A DNA stretch of 64,000 bases from Phoronis australis (taxonomy: Eukaryota > Animalia > Phoronida). The notes below the pieces were generated by a model. It saw only the letters and a list, made by a program, of their open reading frames with translations. It had not been told where the DNA came from and made no database searches. This document shows positions 1 through 11,874 of the stretch, piece by piece; position 1 is the stretch's first letter, and every line of letters begins with the position of its first letter. Where the stretch lies: positions 711,291 through 775,290 of the forward strand of contig NMRA01000080.1 of assembly GCA_002633005.1 (NCBI GenBank), given 5' to 3'. Position numbers and translations under genes: made by a program.

Positions 1-121
1 AAAGCAAGGTGACCGCAACTGTCTAGTGGCGAGATCCAAATGCTTTCTGCAGTTAGGTGACACTGACAAGGCTCTGGAAGATGCTGAAGCTAGTCTTGAA
101 GATGACAAAGAGTATCACAAG
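1..121 (+). CDS. ODAD4: ODAD4/TTC25 exon (partial at window edge)
   Basis: Frame from position 2: KQGDRNCLVARSKCFLQLGDTDKALEDAEASLEDDKEYHK; donor AAG|GTGAAT. Confidence 0.92.
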
Positions 122-3100
122 GTGAATTAACAGTCAAAGAATTATACACACGTGTGGCACATGAACTGTGTGTAGTCCTACCTTAAAGTTTAAGGATAGT
201 TGGAATATGTAACACAAGCCAGAGGGGTCCAAGGCGTCCTGATCCCCTGCTCAGCCACTTTCTATTGCTGTGATGTCTGTCCACACTTCTAGTCATGATG
301 TTAGATCTACTCCTACCAACTCTACTCAAATAGGATGCAGGATTGTATTTGGACAATTAACTGAAAATTTCTGGACCTGAGTTTGACAAATAACACAGTT
401 AAAACTGAAGTTCAACTGAACTTTTTGTATGTTACAAATCGTAAGGAATCGCGATTTTTGATCTCTGTAAAAAAATTCACAGTGCTGCATGTCCTTCATT
501 CTACAATAACAGTGAAAAAATTTAATTGGTGTCCTCTGAAACTTGAAAGTCTCAAATGCCAATGACCTCAACGGTTTGTAGAAATATCTCAAAACATTGT
601 GGAAACTTGTAAAATATTGTCTAGTTTCAATTCCAAAAGAATTCACTACCAATCAAAAGTGATAAAAACAAGAATTAAGCTTTAGACTTTGTCTCTGATG
701 AAGTGTCTTAGGGGTTACATAAAATTTTAGTCAAAATTCTTTAAAACCAAAATTAACTTTGCATCGCTTTTAATTTAGTTTTCTGATAACCTATATAAAT
801 ATTTTTGATAAAAAAATAAGAGATTAGTCAATTACAGATTAGTGAAACAACATGATTGCAAGAAGAACGGTGTCTTTCAGGGTCTTTTTGCCAAAGCAGA
901 AGCTCTTTACAACAAAGGAGACTTTGAGATGGCGCTAGTGTTCTACCACAGAGGACACAAGTTACGGACTGAACTACAGGAGTTTCGCCTTGGTATCCAA
1001 AAAGCTCAGGAGGCCATTGACAACTCTGTAGGCAGTCCATCTAAAGTAAAGCTGGAAAAGAAGGGGGACTTGTCCTTCTTTGCAAAGCAAGACGAGGTAT
1101 TGTAGCTTGGTACACTTTAGCCGTTTTCTCTTTGGATTTTTAAAGGGGCGTTTCACTACTGCATAACAGTCAATTTTGAATTATTAATGGCTGTTTAAAA
1201 CAGTTCTGTATTCATCCAATCTTGAGTAATCGCTGAATAAGCCGGCAACTTAAGTCACAGGCATTGCGTACCTGCGCCATTTTTGTTATCAAAATTTTAG
1301 ACTTGGTCAACCCAACAAATTCCAAAAAGTTTTCTTGAGTTTGCTGATGTTTTTAACATTCTTGTTGGCAACAGAAATAGACTCTTATCATGGTGAGGAA
1401 TATTGTGAAACCGATCTTATGAAAGTTAAAGGCCCAATTTGTTTTTTTTAACCAGCCAAACAATGCAAAATGGTTTAACTGAACATTTCTTGTCAGTTGT
1501 TTTAGTTAACCACTGACCTTAAGTTTGAACTCTACTACCGGTATATTATCTATGTTTCTGATTAGTGTTAACGTAGTTCCAGCAAGTGGTATCCTGGGGA
1601 TGTCCAAGTAAAGTTTGAAATCGTTATTCCTTGTCATTTACCCATATTATTTATACTTTGTTGCTAAATATGGTAAATAATTTTGCAAGAGGTATTTGTA
1701 AATGATATTCATTATTGTGCGTACCTCAATTGCTTTTTAGATTTCACACACTCGGCAGTCTTAATCAAGCTGTTTGACCCACACATCGTTTGTTTTTTCG
1801 GTTTCTATTCTCCTGTTTGTCGGTTCTGTCTTACTATGTCAAACTATTGCTCTAAGAGAAACTGGTCTTGATGTGCTGTGTCAAATTATGATTCAAGTTC
1901 AAATAAGGTTGCTCTCATCTTCATTTACTTTGTCTTAGAATAATCTGATATATCCATCGTACAGATGTAATGTTTGTTTAGGTTTGGTTAACGCATTTGA
2001 CAGGGCAAGATCAGAGCTAAGGGTTCACTGCCTGTGAATGAAAGAATTTAATGAAAACTTTGCAGACCATAGCTGATCAAATAATTCTTTTTACACCATT
2101 GATTTCATGGAAACTTGCTCTGTACTCTTTAATTCCTTTAACATACGAGCCAAAGCCTTTCTCTCATCATGTGTACCCCACTGTTAGTTGTAAGGACCGA
2201 TATTGTTCATGCTGCCTATTGTGTATCACCATGCGGTCACCTGTGCGATTTTATTGATATCCATCTATTCAGCAATCTGTGTCATACCCTGGACAAAGAG
2301 TGCATTGCTCAAAACGTGGGGAATATATTGATATATGTTAGTACTGACGCTCGTTGTTTTATTTTTACTATGTTTACTGTTTTAAGGCCTTTATGTTGTG
2401 ATTTGAACTTAACAAAGCTTGTAATTTGATAAAAATATCATATTTAAGGATAGCCTTGGGTCATTAAGTGTTCAAACAAGATTTTTCTGTCAGTGTGACT
2501 CATTAAGGTGTTTTTCCTGCCATCTGCATTCATATATTGCGCGCGGTGTTATCACAGAAAGCTACAATCCTGTTTACTGAAACTCAGTTTGCCATTGGTT
2601 GTGCCTTTCAGAAAGTACGCCCAAAGAAAACCTATGGCTACCAGAAACAAACAAAAGCTAAAGACACAAAGCGTGAGATCCCCAAGGCAGCCGCCAGTGA
2701 AAAAACAGTTAAACAGCTTCTTGGGGAACTTTACGGGGACAGAGTTTACCTGGAGAAGCTGTTACAGGACCCTGCTATGGGTAAGGGGTGCACTTCAACT
2801 TCTGTGGTTGAGTGTCTTTTACAGTATTACTGATCCTTACACTTGATTGACTGTGTATTAATGTGAGGTCTTAGATTTTTTCTTTATAAATTATGTGTCT
2901 TATGGAAATGTTTACAGGAATAGTAGCATAACCAAGCAATGTAAATAAATTTGACATGAAATAAAGTTGACAGTTTTGCGCGCAAATAATTGGCATGATC
3001 ATTTCGTATTTTTGAAAAGATTGAAAAGTTTTTGGTGAAACTGAATTTTCTTAAAGATTCGTTTTACTTAAAATTTTGACAGGATAAGTGTCATTTATCC

Positions 3101-6100
3101 ACCTTACTGTAGGCCGAGTAGGTGAATAATTGATGTGCAAATGTCATTTCAGACTTATAGAATTTATTCACCTAACTATATCAGAAAATTAAGATGCACT
3201 GATGCAAAAGTTCTGAAATTTTCCAGAAAAGTGCTCCTCTTCAAGACATCTATTTCAAAAAAACAATAAACACTTTAAATATCTTGTGTTTTTTGCATTG
3301 TAAAAACATGCGATTTAGATGCAATACAATCTGTTCCACGAATGTGACATTGCACTTTTGCTCAATCGTTACACTGAAGTCAGTGATGGAAATGACTGTT
3401 TTGGTGCCGACATCCATACTGCTTCATTGGTACCTGTGACAAAAATATTGAAGTAGCTGAGAATCAAAACATTATGAAGACTAATGTGAACTGAACATTT
3501 CCCTACTCTCACTCAATGTAGGGTAAGAAAAACTCTTTAAGAGTTAGTTCAATTTCACATTATTCTACATTTTATTTTTTAAATTCAGGAATTTTCTTTT
3601 AAAATTAATGTGCCTGTGTGTCAGAGATTCCATCACTTGATCAAGTTAATCATGAACTTACATTATGTTGTGTATTCTGTTCATCCAGCTTCATTGTTGT
3701 CATGGAAACAGGTATTTAACACAACCTTCTTCCCTCTGCTTTCTGCCTGTAGTGCTGGCTAGGTATTCTGTACGGATTTCTGGTCAGGGGCGTGGTTCTT
3801 TATCTTGCTGTTTACGTTATACAATGTTGTGCAACTGTCTTCTGTTGCTCTATTTTCCAATGGGAATTAAGGGTATCCACGTGTATGGGCATTCTCTCTT
3901 TAAGGTTTCAGATGGTGTAAGCGTTTTTCATAATAGCAGAACAAAAACAAAAACTTAAGTTTGTGTCATACCATGTAGTTCTAGAATAACAATTCAACAC
4001 TCAAAACTACACTGTACAAGGACACTGTCTTCTGTTGCTTTATTTTCCGATGGGAATTAAGGGTATCCATGTGTATGGGCATTCTCTCTTTAAGATTTCA
4101 GATGGCGTAAGCGTTTTTCATAATAGCAGAACAAAAACAAAAACTTAAGTTTGTGTCATACCATGTAGTTCTAGAATAACAATTCAACACTCAAAACTAC
4201 ACATTGTTAAAAAAACACCAAATATATGCATTGAAACCTCGATTGCATATTTTTGTCCAGCAATTAAGTTAAATTTGTGAGTTACCCCACTAAGCTTATT
4301 TACTTTATTACTTCGCTTATAGCTCATTTAATTATGTTATATGAAACAAATTTGGATGGAAATGAATAAAACATATCTACAAAAAATTGGACGTGCTTAC
4401 AGTTGTAGTGGGGACTTAACAACTAAAAACGTCCACCCACTTTTGATTAATTGCTAATTTTGTTATTTGAATAATTAGTTTACACCAGGTGCTTCAATTT
4501 GGCAATAATCTATCACGCCATATTTTTGGTGAAACTTATCCCTCAAAGCAGCATATTCAGGCTTCTGTGTTGTTCTGTAATTGCTTTTGTGTCAACAAAG
4601 TCTCTAAAATGGCTTTTATCTTTGCCACAGTTTTTACTCTTCAACCTGAAACTCATAAGTTATTTGAATTCTTGATTTTTAAGATAGCTATAAACCTGCC
4701 TTCCATCACATAAAATATTTTCTGATTTAGGGCATTAAACCATTTTGAAATTGCTCTAAATTGTTCCTTATAGTTAAATTAGACATAACTTCTGAACTTG
4801 GAAAGAATTAACTTACAGTTCACTATTGTTTGAGACCATGCATCCTCTGCAAGTTGGCTTGTCATGATGTGTCATATTATGACCTAAGCGTGGTCTCAAA
4901 GAATAGAAACTACCAGTTCTTTGCTAGCTCAGAACCAATTCTCATCTGAAACAGGAACAAACTGAGACTTATTCTAAAGCGGTTTGTGGTCTAAATAATT
5001 AAAAATTCGCTTCTTTGACAAAACTGCATGGTTTATATCAGTTTTAGCTATGGATTTTTGAGCCCTTATATCATGTCTTACATTTCACTTATAATTGACT
5101 TTGAATTTCCCTTCTTTACTTTATACTGTCATATCTCAATGGTGTGTCGTTCTTCCAACGAAACACACTTGTCTACCTTTGCCATCTGTGCTTCAGAGCA
5201 CAGAGGAGTCTGTAATTTCTACATTTTGTTCTGGCTGCAGTGTGACTGTTATTTTCATCGTCTAGTAAATGCTTTTAGCATGGGGACAAGCTAAGATTTG
5301 TTAAAGTTACAAATTAATGTGGCGTTTCCTTGCTTTGCGCAGGCTTATAATATGGTGTTTTTGTGTTGATCGTAATTTTTGCCTAAAAAGCCCCTGAAGC
5401 CAAAAAATAAAATTAGATAGCTTCCATCGCTTATAAAGAGATTACTGACTTTTTTGTCAGTTCACAGACCCGGCCAATTTTTGGATGAATACATTCTTCA
5501 ACCTTAAACAAAATTTTAGGCCAATATTATGTGCTAAGTTATAAACTTAAAAATATTGAGACAGATGCAGGCCGTGACTCGATTTCTCCTCCTCCTGCAG
5601 ATTTCAACACTAAGCATGGCCGCGTAATTCAGGACCTCGCCACGGACGGTATTCTGTATTTGGACACAAGAACAGAATTCTGGCGGCAGCAGAAGCCAAT
5701 GTATGCCAGGAAGCGTGACAAAATGGAGCAGACCCGTCGCAGGAAGTTGGATAGTGCCAATCACGACAAATATGTTTTGAAGGAATTGGAAGCAGTGGAT
5801 GATCGTGAGTACACATTAGTGTTTCGCAGGTTCGGGGGATTGTCGCGGACGTCATCGCTAAAGTTGAATAGAAATCCAGATAGTGAAATCGATTCTGTGA
5901 TCTCGATATAAAATCCACATAAATGTAGCGAAGTTGCTTTGTACAGCCACTCTCAAAACTTCATCTGATATTCCTAGAAAATTAAGAAGTTTTATAAAGG
6001 TGGTGAAGTCTTGTGGGTAGCGTCATCTGTTGTTCACTTCAGAAACAGAACATCTGGAATGTTGTAGTGATGAGTTCGCAGACGATGCTTAGAATGGAAG

Positions 6101-9100
6101 TAGAACTTTTAAGTTTTCTTTTTGTTCAAATTTCATGAGATAAAATCATGATGCGTACTGAATATGCAAAGAGTATTTCAATTTCACCTATATGTAATTC
6201 CAGTTCAAACTCAGGGTAAATTCAGAGACAGTCTCAAGCGTGCTCAGAAGTGCCTGAAGCAAGTTGAAGATTTGACAGACGACGATGTGTCCCGGAGGAA
6301 GGAAGTCATTGGCAGTCTGCACAGCTCGATAGGAAATGCTCACCTCGAGCTGGGGCACTTTGAAAAAGCACTGAATCATCACCAGAAAGATTTGGAAATA
6401 GCCGAAGAATTGTAAATACCTGAAGACGGTGTCAATTAAATATTTGTGCAAGAGTCTAAAATTAAGTGGTAACAAAATGCAGAATTTACCGTAAATAAAC
6501 CAAGCAAACATTATTCCAGTAAATTTACTCATGTGGCTATGGGAAATGATTTTGTCAGTGACATCGCAAACCATTACACCCAAAGAACTTCAAAATGGTA
6601 TTAAAGAGACCTTAATGTAAAAGTTGCACTGCTGTCATTTGTCTTAATTATTTTTCAGAGAATCTGTAGACACGAAGTCGAGAGCTTTGGATAATCTAGG
6701 ACGAGTGTATGCTCGTTCTGGCAACTTTGAAAACGCAATTGAAAAGTAAGTGATTGAGTCGTGCACATTTATTCACAAACTGTATGGAAATTTTATTGTC
6801 ATTCTTGGTAAATAGCCACTTAATGGAATACTCCACAGCGCCCTCTCTGGTTCCACAATATTTACCCACAATGCTACACATCTGTAGGTATTTGCTGCAC
6901 AGTTGTACACTATTGCCATGACATTAGGATTAGTTTGCCATTCATCAATTCTGTTTCTAATATAAAAGCTTTACCATAATGAGAGTAGGAGTGCAGACAT
7001 AAATCTTAGTGAAGCCGAGTGTGATAAGGTGATTCATTCTCCATTAGTCTGACTCTGCTCTGAAGTGAGTTCACCACCCTACTTAATTTCAAAAATTAGG
7101 TCTGTCGTAGAATGTGCTTTTCGATCTGAGCAAAAGAGGAAAGTTGAATCTGGAAATTTTGTTCTGAATATGTGCAAGGTAAAAAGTCAAATAGCAAAAA
7201 CCAGACCCTGTGCTTCTCAACATTTCAATATGAAGCACATCGTCTTGTTTTTGCTATTTAGTAGTTTTTACTGACCATTTGGCCAAGAACTGACATTATA
7301 TTACATGCAAGGTATGGCAAACATTAATTCATACAAGTACCTACAGTAAGCAGTAATTAAAATTAGATTTTCTACAATTTTTGTAAACAGGTCATGATGT
7401 TGAAGTAAAAGGTAAAGCTGCAGTGTACTTTGCTTTGTTTAGCTTGCTATAAAAACAAAAATCGAATAATATCTTTTATGCTCTTAAAATTGGTCTCATA
7501 AAATTCCTTATTGTGATAGCTACCAACTCTTTGAAGTCACAAGCACCATTTTCTATTTCGCAATTTTATTTTTTTCATGAAAATCATAAAGTCCTGTTTT
7601 TGATAGTCCTCGTGATCGGTTTAAAAACAACACCGAACAAAGTTTTGAAAGCGTAATCATCTGAAAGTTTGATATGAATCCGATCATCCATTTCTGAAAT
7701 ATAATGTTCTGAGAGTCCTGCATACCCTTAAATCTGTGACTGAAATAAAAAGTACAATTACAAATAGACTTTCAGCAAAAGTTGCAGCACTATTTGAGAA
7801 ACGGTCATTTAGCTCTCCAAGTCAAGATTCCTACACTGGCTGACCACACACATTTTCTTTAATAAAGCCTCCACTTACTAACCTAGTAGGTTTCTGAAGA
7901 AAAAAAGTTCCACAATACATCTGCAAGCAATTTGGTTTTAATTAGAGAAAATTTTGGTGACCCTGCTGGTTAGTTATCATACTGCCAGCCAGTAGGCAAG
8001 TAATTAACAAGGGTTACTGTGTTCACATTATGAAATTTGGTCTTTTGGTCAATGAGTATTGACTTGCTACCTGCACAGTCTAGGACTATCATGAGGGCAC
8101 AAAAACTTGCATGAATTCATGACTTTGTGTATTTTCAGGTGGGAAGAAAAATTACCTCTGAGCAAATCAGCCCTTGAGAGCACATGGCTTTTCCACGAGA
8201 TCGGACGGTGTCATCTTGAGCTGGGCAAGTGCTCGACAGCGCGAGACTACGGTGAGAAGTCGATGACGGCCGCTACAGAAGCAGAAGACAAGGTGTGGGA
8301 GTTGAATGCCAGTGTACTCATCGCGCAGTCAGAAGTCAAACTTGGGTATCTGGAGGAAGCGGTCGACTCGTTCGAACGATCATTGGATCTGGCCAAAGTG
8401 CAAGGTATACAGAGCGCAGCATCTGCTTTAAGTTAAGGTTCAGTAGTACATTCACTTGATGTGCTGTGTGATGGTGCAGCTTTTTGCATAGAATAAGGTC
8501 ATGATTTGACCACAAAATGTTTCACTTATAGCTATCTCTTTTGTTCGTGTAATCTACTGGCTTGTAATGTGTAAAAAAAGGAATGAATCAGATATGTTTT
8601 GAACGCGTGTGTCACGCCAAAATCTCAACCATCCACATTTATATTGTTTTTTGAAAGTATAAACATTTTGTTTGATGTTGATTTAATTTTACCAACAGGT
8701 GATGAGGCAGCGGAAGCGGCCATTAAAAAAGCTATCGACGATGTTAACAAGAAGATTGTTGAAAAAGTTCGCATAGAAGAGCCAATGGAAGAAGGTGGGT
8801 GTCTTTCACCAAAATTCTAGCGAGAGCAGTCACTACGACATTGACATAGCTCTGGTGACAGATACAAAGTTGTGTCTTGCTAGTGTGACAAAATCCCACA
8901 ATTGTTGGTGAGATATCACCATATGTTGACAAATAATGCATGTGATGGCTCACTAACTTTCATTCGCAACTGTATTGCATTAAGGAATGAGTGCTCTAAG
9001 ACCACGATAAGGATACTGTTTTGAGATTTTAACCAATTTAGGGTATGGCAAATTGGCGTTTTTCTAAATTTTTTGCACAATTACACGCTGAGAGTAGTTC

Positions 9101-10823
9101 ATTCATTGATTGAGAAGTTATGTGATCAACTTGAAGACACGTTTGAACAGCCGGGTAGAGTTCAGTAATGTTAGGACCTACGCTAGCACCTCGCTAAAAA
9201 GCAAGACTGCGCGCTTACGCGAGATATTGCCGTGTATTTTAAATGAGAACACTTGGTCGCGAAACTCCAGTTCTGCTGCATGTCCATCAATGTAACAAGG
9301 ATTTAGACACTAACTGCCATAAAAGTGGTCTCAACTTGTTCCTTACTGGCTGAAATGAAAAACAGTTTCTGATCTTGAAGAGAAAATATAATAGTTAGAT
9401 ATTGCTTGACCACGCTTAATGCATAAAATGGCCATGACAAGCCAACTTGTTGAGTTTTGTCTCAATAAAAATAGAGTCTTTTCTTCAAACTAAGAAATCA
9501 GCTCTGATCTGAGTAAGGAGGAAGCAGAACCCAATTTCATAATGGAGAGTTGTCAAAGACAAAACTTATTTTTTGATATAACACCTTTAATTAACTCAAG
9601 TTACAATATGAACAAGACAGGTAGAGGCCTCCATTGGGGATTATCATCACTGATGAAAACACTATTGTTTGTCCTCGGCGCACACTGTGTTGGTGATAAG
9701 AGTATGGTTTTTCTGGTTATAGTTGTATTTGGTCTAGCAGACACTCCTGGAGATACTGTGTATTACGACAGTGAGGCTGCTGGCGAAGACGTCAGTGATT
9801 TTGATCAGAGCTCTGGCGCACTTAGTCCAGATGTCTATCAATAGGAATGACGGAGCTAGTATAAGTACAGGTCACATTGTACGTCCCAATGTGTACCTGT
9901 ATTGCTAACGCAACTTTAACAGATTATTACACAAAAAATTCACTCGTTTACATTAAGTCATGTGGAACAATCGACTTAAAAAAGGTTATTACCTCAAGGA
10001 ACAATCTAGTACAATAATCTGAACATATTGAAGTCATGTAAGATTCGACTCACTCAATCAACCTTCATAATTTCACAGTTGTGTTAGTAACGGAACACAA
10101 TGGTACAGGTGCTGGTGCCTGTACCAACATTGGGAGTTTTGCGTTGCTTGAAAATTTTTCTCATTGAGAGATTTGTGTTTTTGATGTTTTGTTGTTTGTG
10201 AGTTTTGTTGTTGTTCTCCAACTTGCATGTCTCGCCTTCAACTTGCATGTATGTACTGGATTCATATGTAAATATTGGAGAGCTCTGAATGTTCCGGATC
10301 ACTAACAGTGTATTTTTAACTTCTTGCAAATTTACCGTAACTACTTTTGTTAATGGCTTATTTATTGCACAGCATTGCATCTTGTAATACATTGTTCTTC
10401 TCTCAGCAAATCAGACGTAAATTAATGTGATTGAGCAACGCTATAAAAAAAGAACGCTTAATGTGCAGGAACAAATCAAGATTAAAGTCATTCAAAACTT
10501 AATGATTTGCAAAAATTTTTTGACCACTTACAAGTTTTGATGAAGACCAGCATTGAGACATGTATTTAAGGCACGGTTTCTTTCAAAACATCCCTCTTTC
10601 TACACTAGATGGCACCACAACACAAATGGAAACAGAAGATGGTGGTGATAATGCCACAACTGCAGGGGAGACAACAACAGCGCAAGAAGATGATACATAC
10701 GCTCCAACTGAAACTGAGGCAGCAACAGAACAAACCGAAGAACACACGGAGGACGAGCCAACGGAAGATGCGCCAACAGAGGACGCACCAACAGAGGATG
10801 CGCCAACAGAGGAATACAACTAG
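1..10823 (+). CDS. ODAD4: TTC25/ODAD4, outer dynein arm docking complex subunit 4 (TPR protein); 5'-partial spliced gene
   Basis: Exons join(<1..121,881..1096,2612..2780,5601..5804,6204..6411,6659..6745,8139..8404,8699..8794,10609..10823), all GT-AG and phase-compatible. The translation contains TTC25 signature segments NCLVARSKCFLQLGD, GDFEMALVFYHRG, FRLGIQKAQEAIDNSVGSP, KQLLGELYGD, FWRQQKPMYAR, SRALDNLGRVYAR and WLFHEIGRCHLEL. Confidence 0.95.
881..1096 (+). CDS. ODAD4: ODAD4/TTC25 exon
   Basis: ttcag|GLFAKAEALYNKGDFEMALVFYHRG...SFFAKQDE|gtattg. Confidence 0.93.
2612..2780 (+). CDS. ODAD4: ODAD4/TTC25 exon
   Basis: ttcag|KVRPKK...KQLLGELYGDRVYLEKLLQDPAM|gtaagg, phase 1. Confidence 0.9.
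3696..3709. promoter_or_regulatory. RFX X-box-like motif in ODAD4 intron
   Basis: GTTGTCATGGAAAC matches the palindromic X-box GTTGCCATGGCAAC at 12 of 14 positions; the host is a motile-cilia gene. Confidence 0.5.
3834..4202. repeat. Recent tandem duplication, 2 x ~179 bp (period 190)
   Basis: 3834-4012 and 4024-4202 are near-identical (actgtcttctgttgct...caacactcaaaactacac), with a few substitutions. Confidence 0.95.
4830..4970. repeat. Dispersed repeat fragment; inverted copy at ~9325-9465
   Basis: caagttggcttgtcatg...taagcgtggtc versus gaccacgcttaa...catgacaagccaacttg (reverse complement). Confidence 0.6.
5601..5804 (+). CDS. ODAD4: ODAD4/TTC25 exon
   Basis: ctgcag|DFNTKHGRVIQDLATDGILYLDTRTEFWRQQKPMYARKRD...|gtgagt. 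Confidence 0.92.
6204..6411 (+). CDS. ODAD4: ODAD4/TTC25 exon (TPR)
   Basis: ttccag|LQTQGKFRDS...LHSSIGNAHLELGHFEKALNHHQKDLEIAEE|gtaaat. Confidence 0.9.
6659..6745 (+). CDS. ODAD4: ODAD4/TTC25 exon (TPR; absent from ORF track)
   Basis: tttcag|ESVDTKSRALDNLGRVYARSGNFENAIE|gtaagt, phase 2-2. Confidence 0.9.
8139..8404 (+). CDS. ODAD4: ODAD4/TTC25 exon (TPR)
   Basis: tttcag|WEEKLPLSKSALESTWLFHEIGRCHLELG...FERSLDLAKVQ|gtatac. Confidence 0.92.
8699..8794 (+). CDS. ODAD4: ODAD4/TTC25 exon
   Basis: aacag|GDEAAEAAIKKAIDDVNKKIVEKVRIEEPMEE|gtgggt, phase 1. Confidence 0.88.
9741..9844 (+). CDS. ODAD4: Candidate alternative terminal or cassette exon of ODAD4/TTC25
   Basis: The tagcag acceptor is phase-compatible with the 8794 donor and reads DTPGDTVYYDSEAAGEDVSDFDQSSGALSPDVYQ*; GC content is higher than the flanks. 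Confidence 0.5.
10609..10823 (+). CDS. ODAD4: ODAD4/TTC25 terminal exon, acidic T/E-rich tail
   Basis: Pyrimidine tract then ctag|; reads DGTTTQMETEDGG...TEDAPTEDAPTEDAPTEEYN*. Confidence 0.8.
10750..10813 (+). repeat. Coding 15-bp tandem repeat (EDAPT, about 4 copies)
   Basis: gaggacgagccaacg gaagatgcgccaaca gaggacgcaccaaca gaggatgcgccaaca. Confidence 0.85.
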
Positions 10824-11868
10824 GATTTTAATTTACTGTTAATTTGATTGAGTTTTCATGAAAATCGATACCATTCTTGATCAATATGTTATGTCAGTTT
10901 GATTAAATTATTATTTTTTAACGTAAAGATGTTGTAATAATGAAAAGATGCTCGGAATAAGCAATAGGTTGCAGTATGTCTGAGCACTTCCATCACCATT
11001 GTATATAGATTCATGCTGCTTCGTTTCATTGGTCAGGTTGGTATGTAATTTTGGCAGGTGCACAGTATTTGTAATGTTAAACCATTTAGGTTTTGTATTG
11101 TTAGATGGTAGGCATTTATGGCTGTGGAACAAATTGTTCTAAGATAACCTTGCGCTGTTTGGTGTGGTTTGGACAAACACACATAATACATTGAAGAGTT
11201 ATAAATGAAAATGAATTATAAATTGTTGTAAACCATCGTACAATTATTTTTGGACGGTCAATAACCAAGTTGATATAAACTAAATGACACTTTATACAAT
11301 CTTCTAATATATACGTCCCATTTTTTCTAAAATTAAAAAAAAAGACTTCGGGCATTTAAAACCAAGTGTCTGAGAAACTGATCCAAAATGCAAACAATAA
11401 CGAGTTAGTGTCGTCAAATCTTCCCATTGCAGCAATCGAAGAATGCCATTCTGTCCATACTTTTATCGCAACAACTTAAAATTGCTAACTTGCCCTTTTA
11501 AAATAATCAAAGCTAAATGTTCCAGCGAGGACACGGAAGCAAATGGTTTTCATAGATGTTGGTTGCATGGACCATTAAACAAATGTTGAACAGTATGCAG
11601 ACAAAGAGCTCTGCTTGCGTTGGAAATGGTGTATTGGAAGCTGAAATAAAACCTTCACAAAGGTATTATGCTCAGTTGCACAACAGTCCCTAAATCTACA
11701 GCCTATTGTAAAAGCACTGGTTGCCCTTTCTTGTATTGTTTTAGTTTCATTACATTTACTAGGCGCTCATTTGGCTTTGATAGAAATCGGGAGCGAACTC
11801 TACATAGAATTGTCAAGTAAATAGGGATCTTTACATGTAGCACCTCCAATTGAAGGACCGAGTCCTTA

Positions 11869-11874
11869 TTTATT
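11869..11874 (-). terminator. Candidate poly(A) signal for ESYT (AATAAA on minus strand)
   Basis: tttatt on + strand, ~1.8 kb past the ESYT stop; hexamer only. Confidence 0.3.

Noticed and set aside
10583-10819. Minus-strand ORFs with (SSVGA)n
   Set aside because: Antisense shadow of the EDAPT repeat in the ODAD4 last exon
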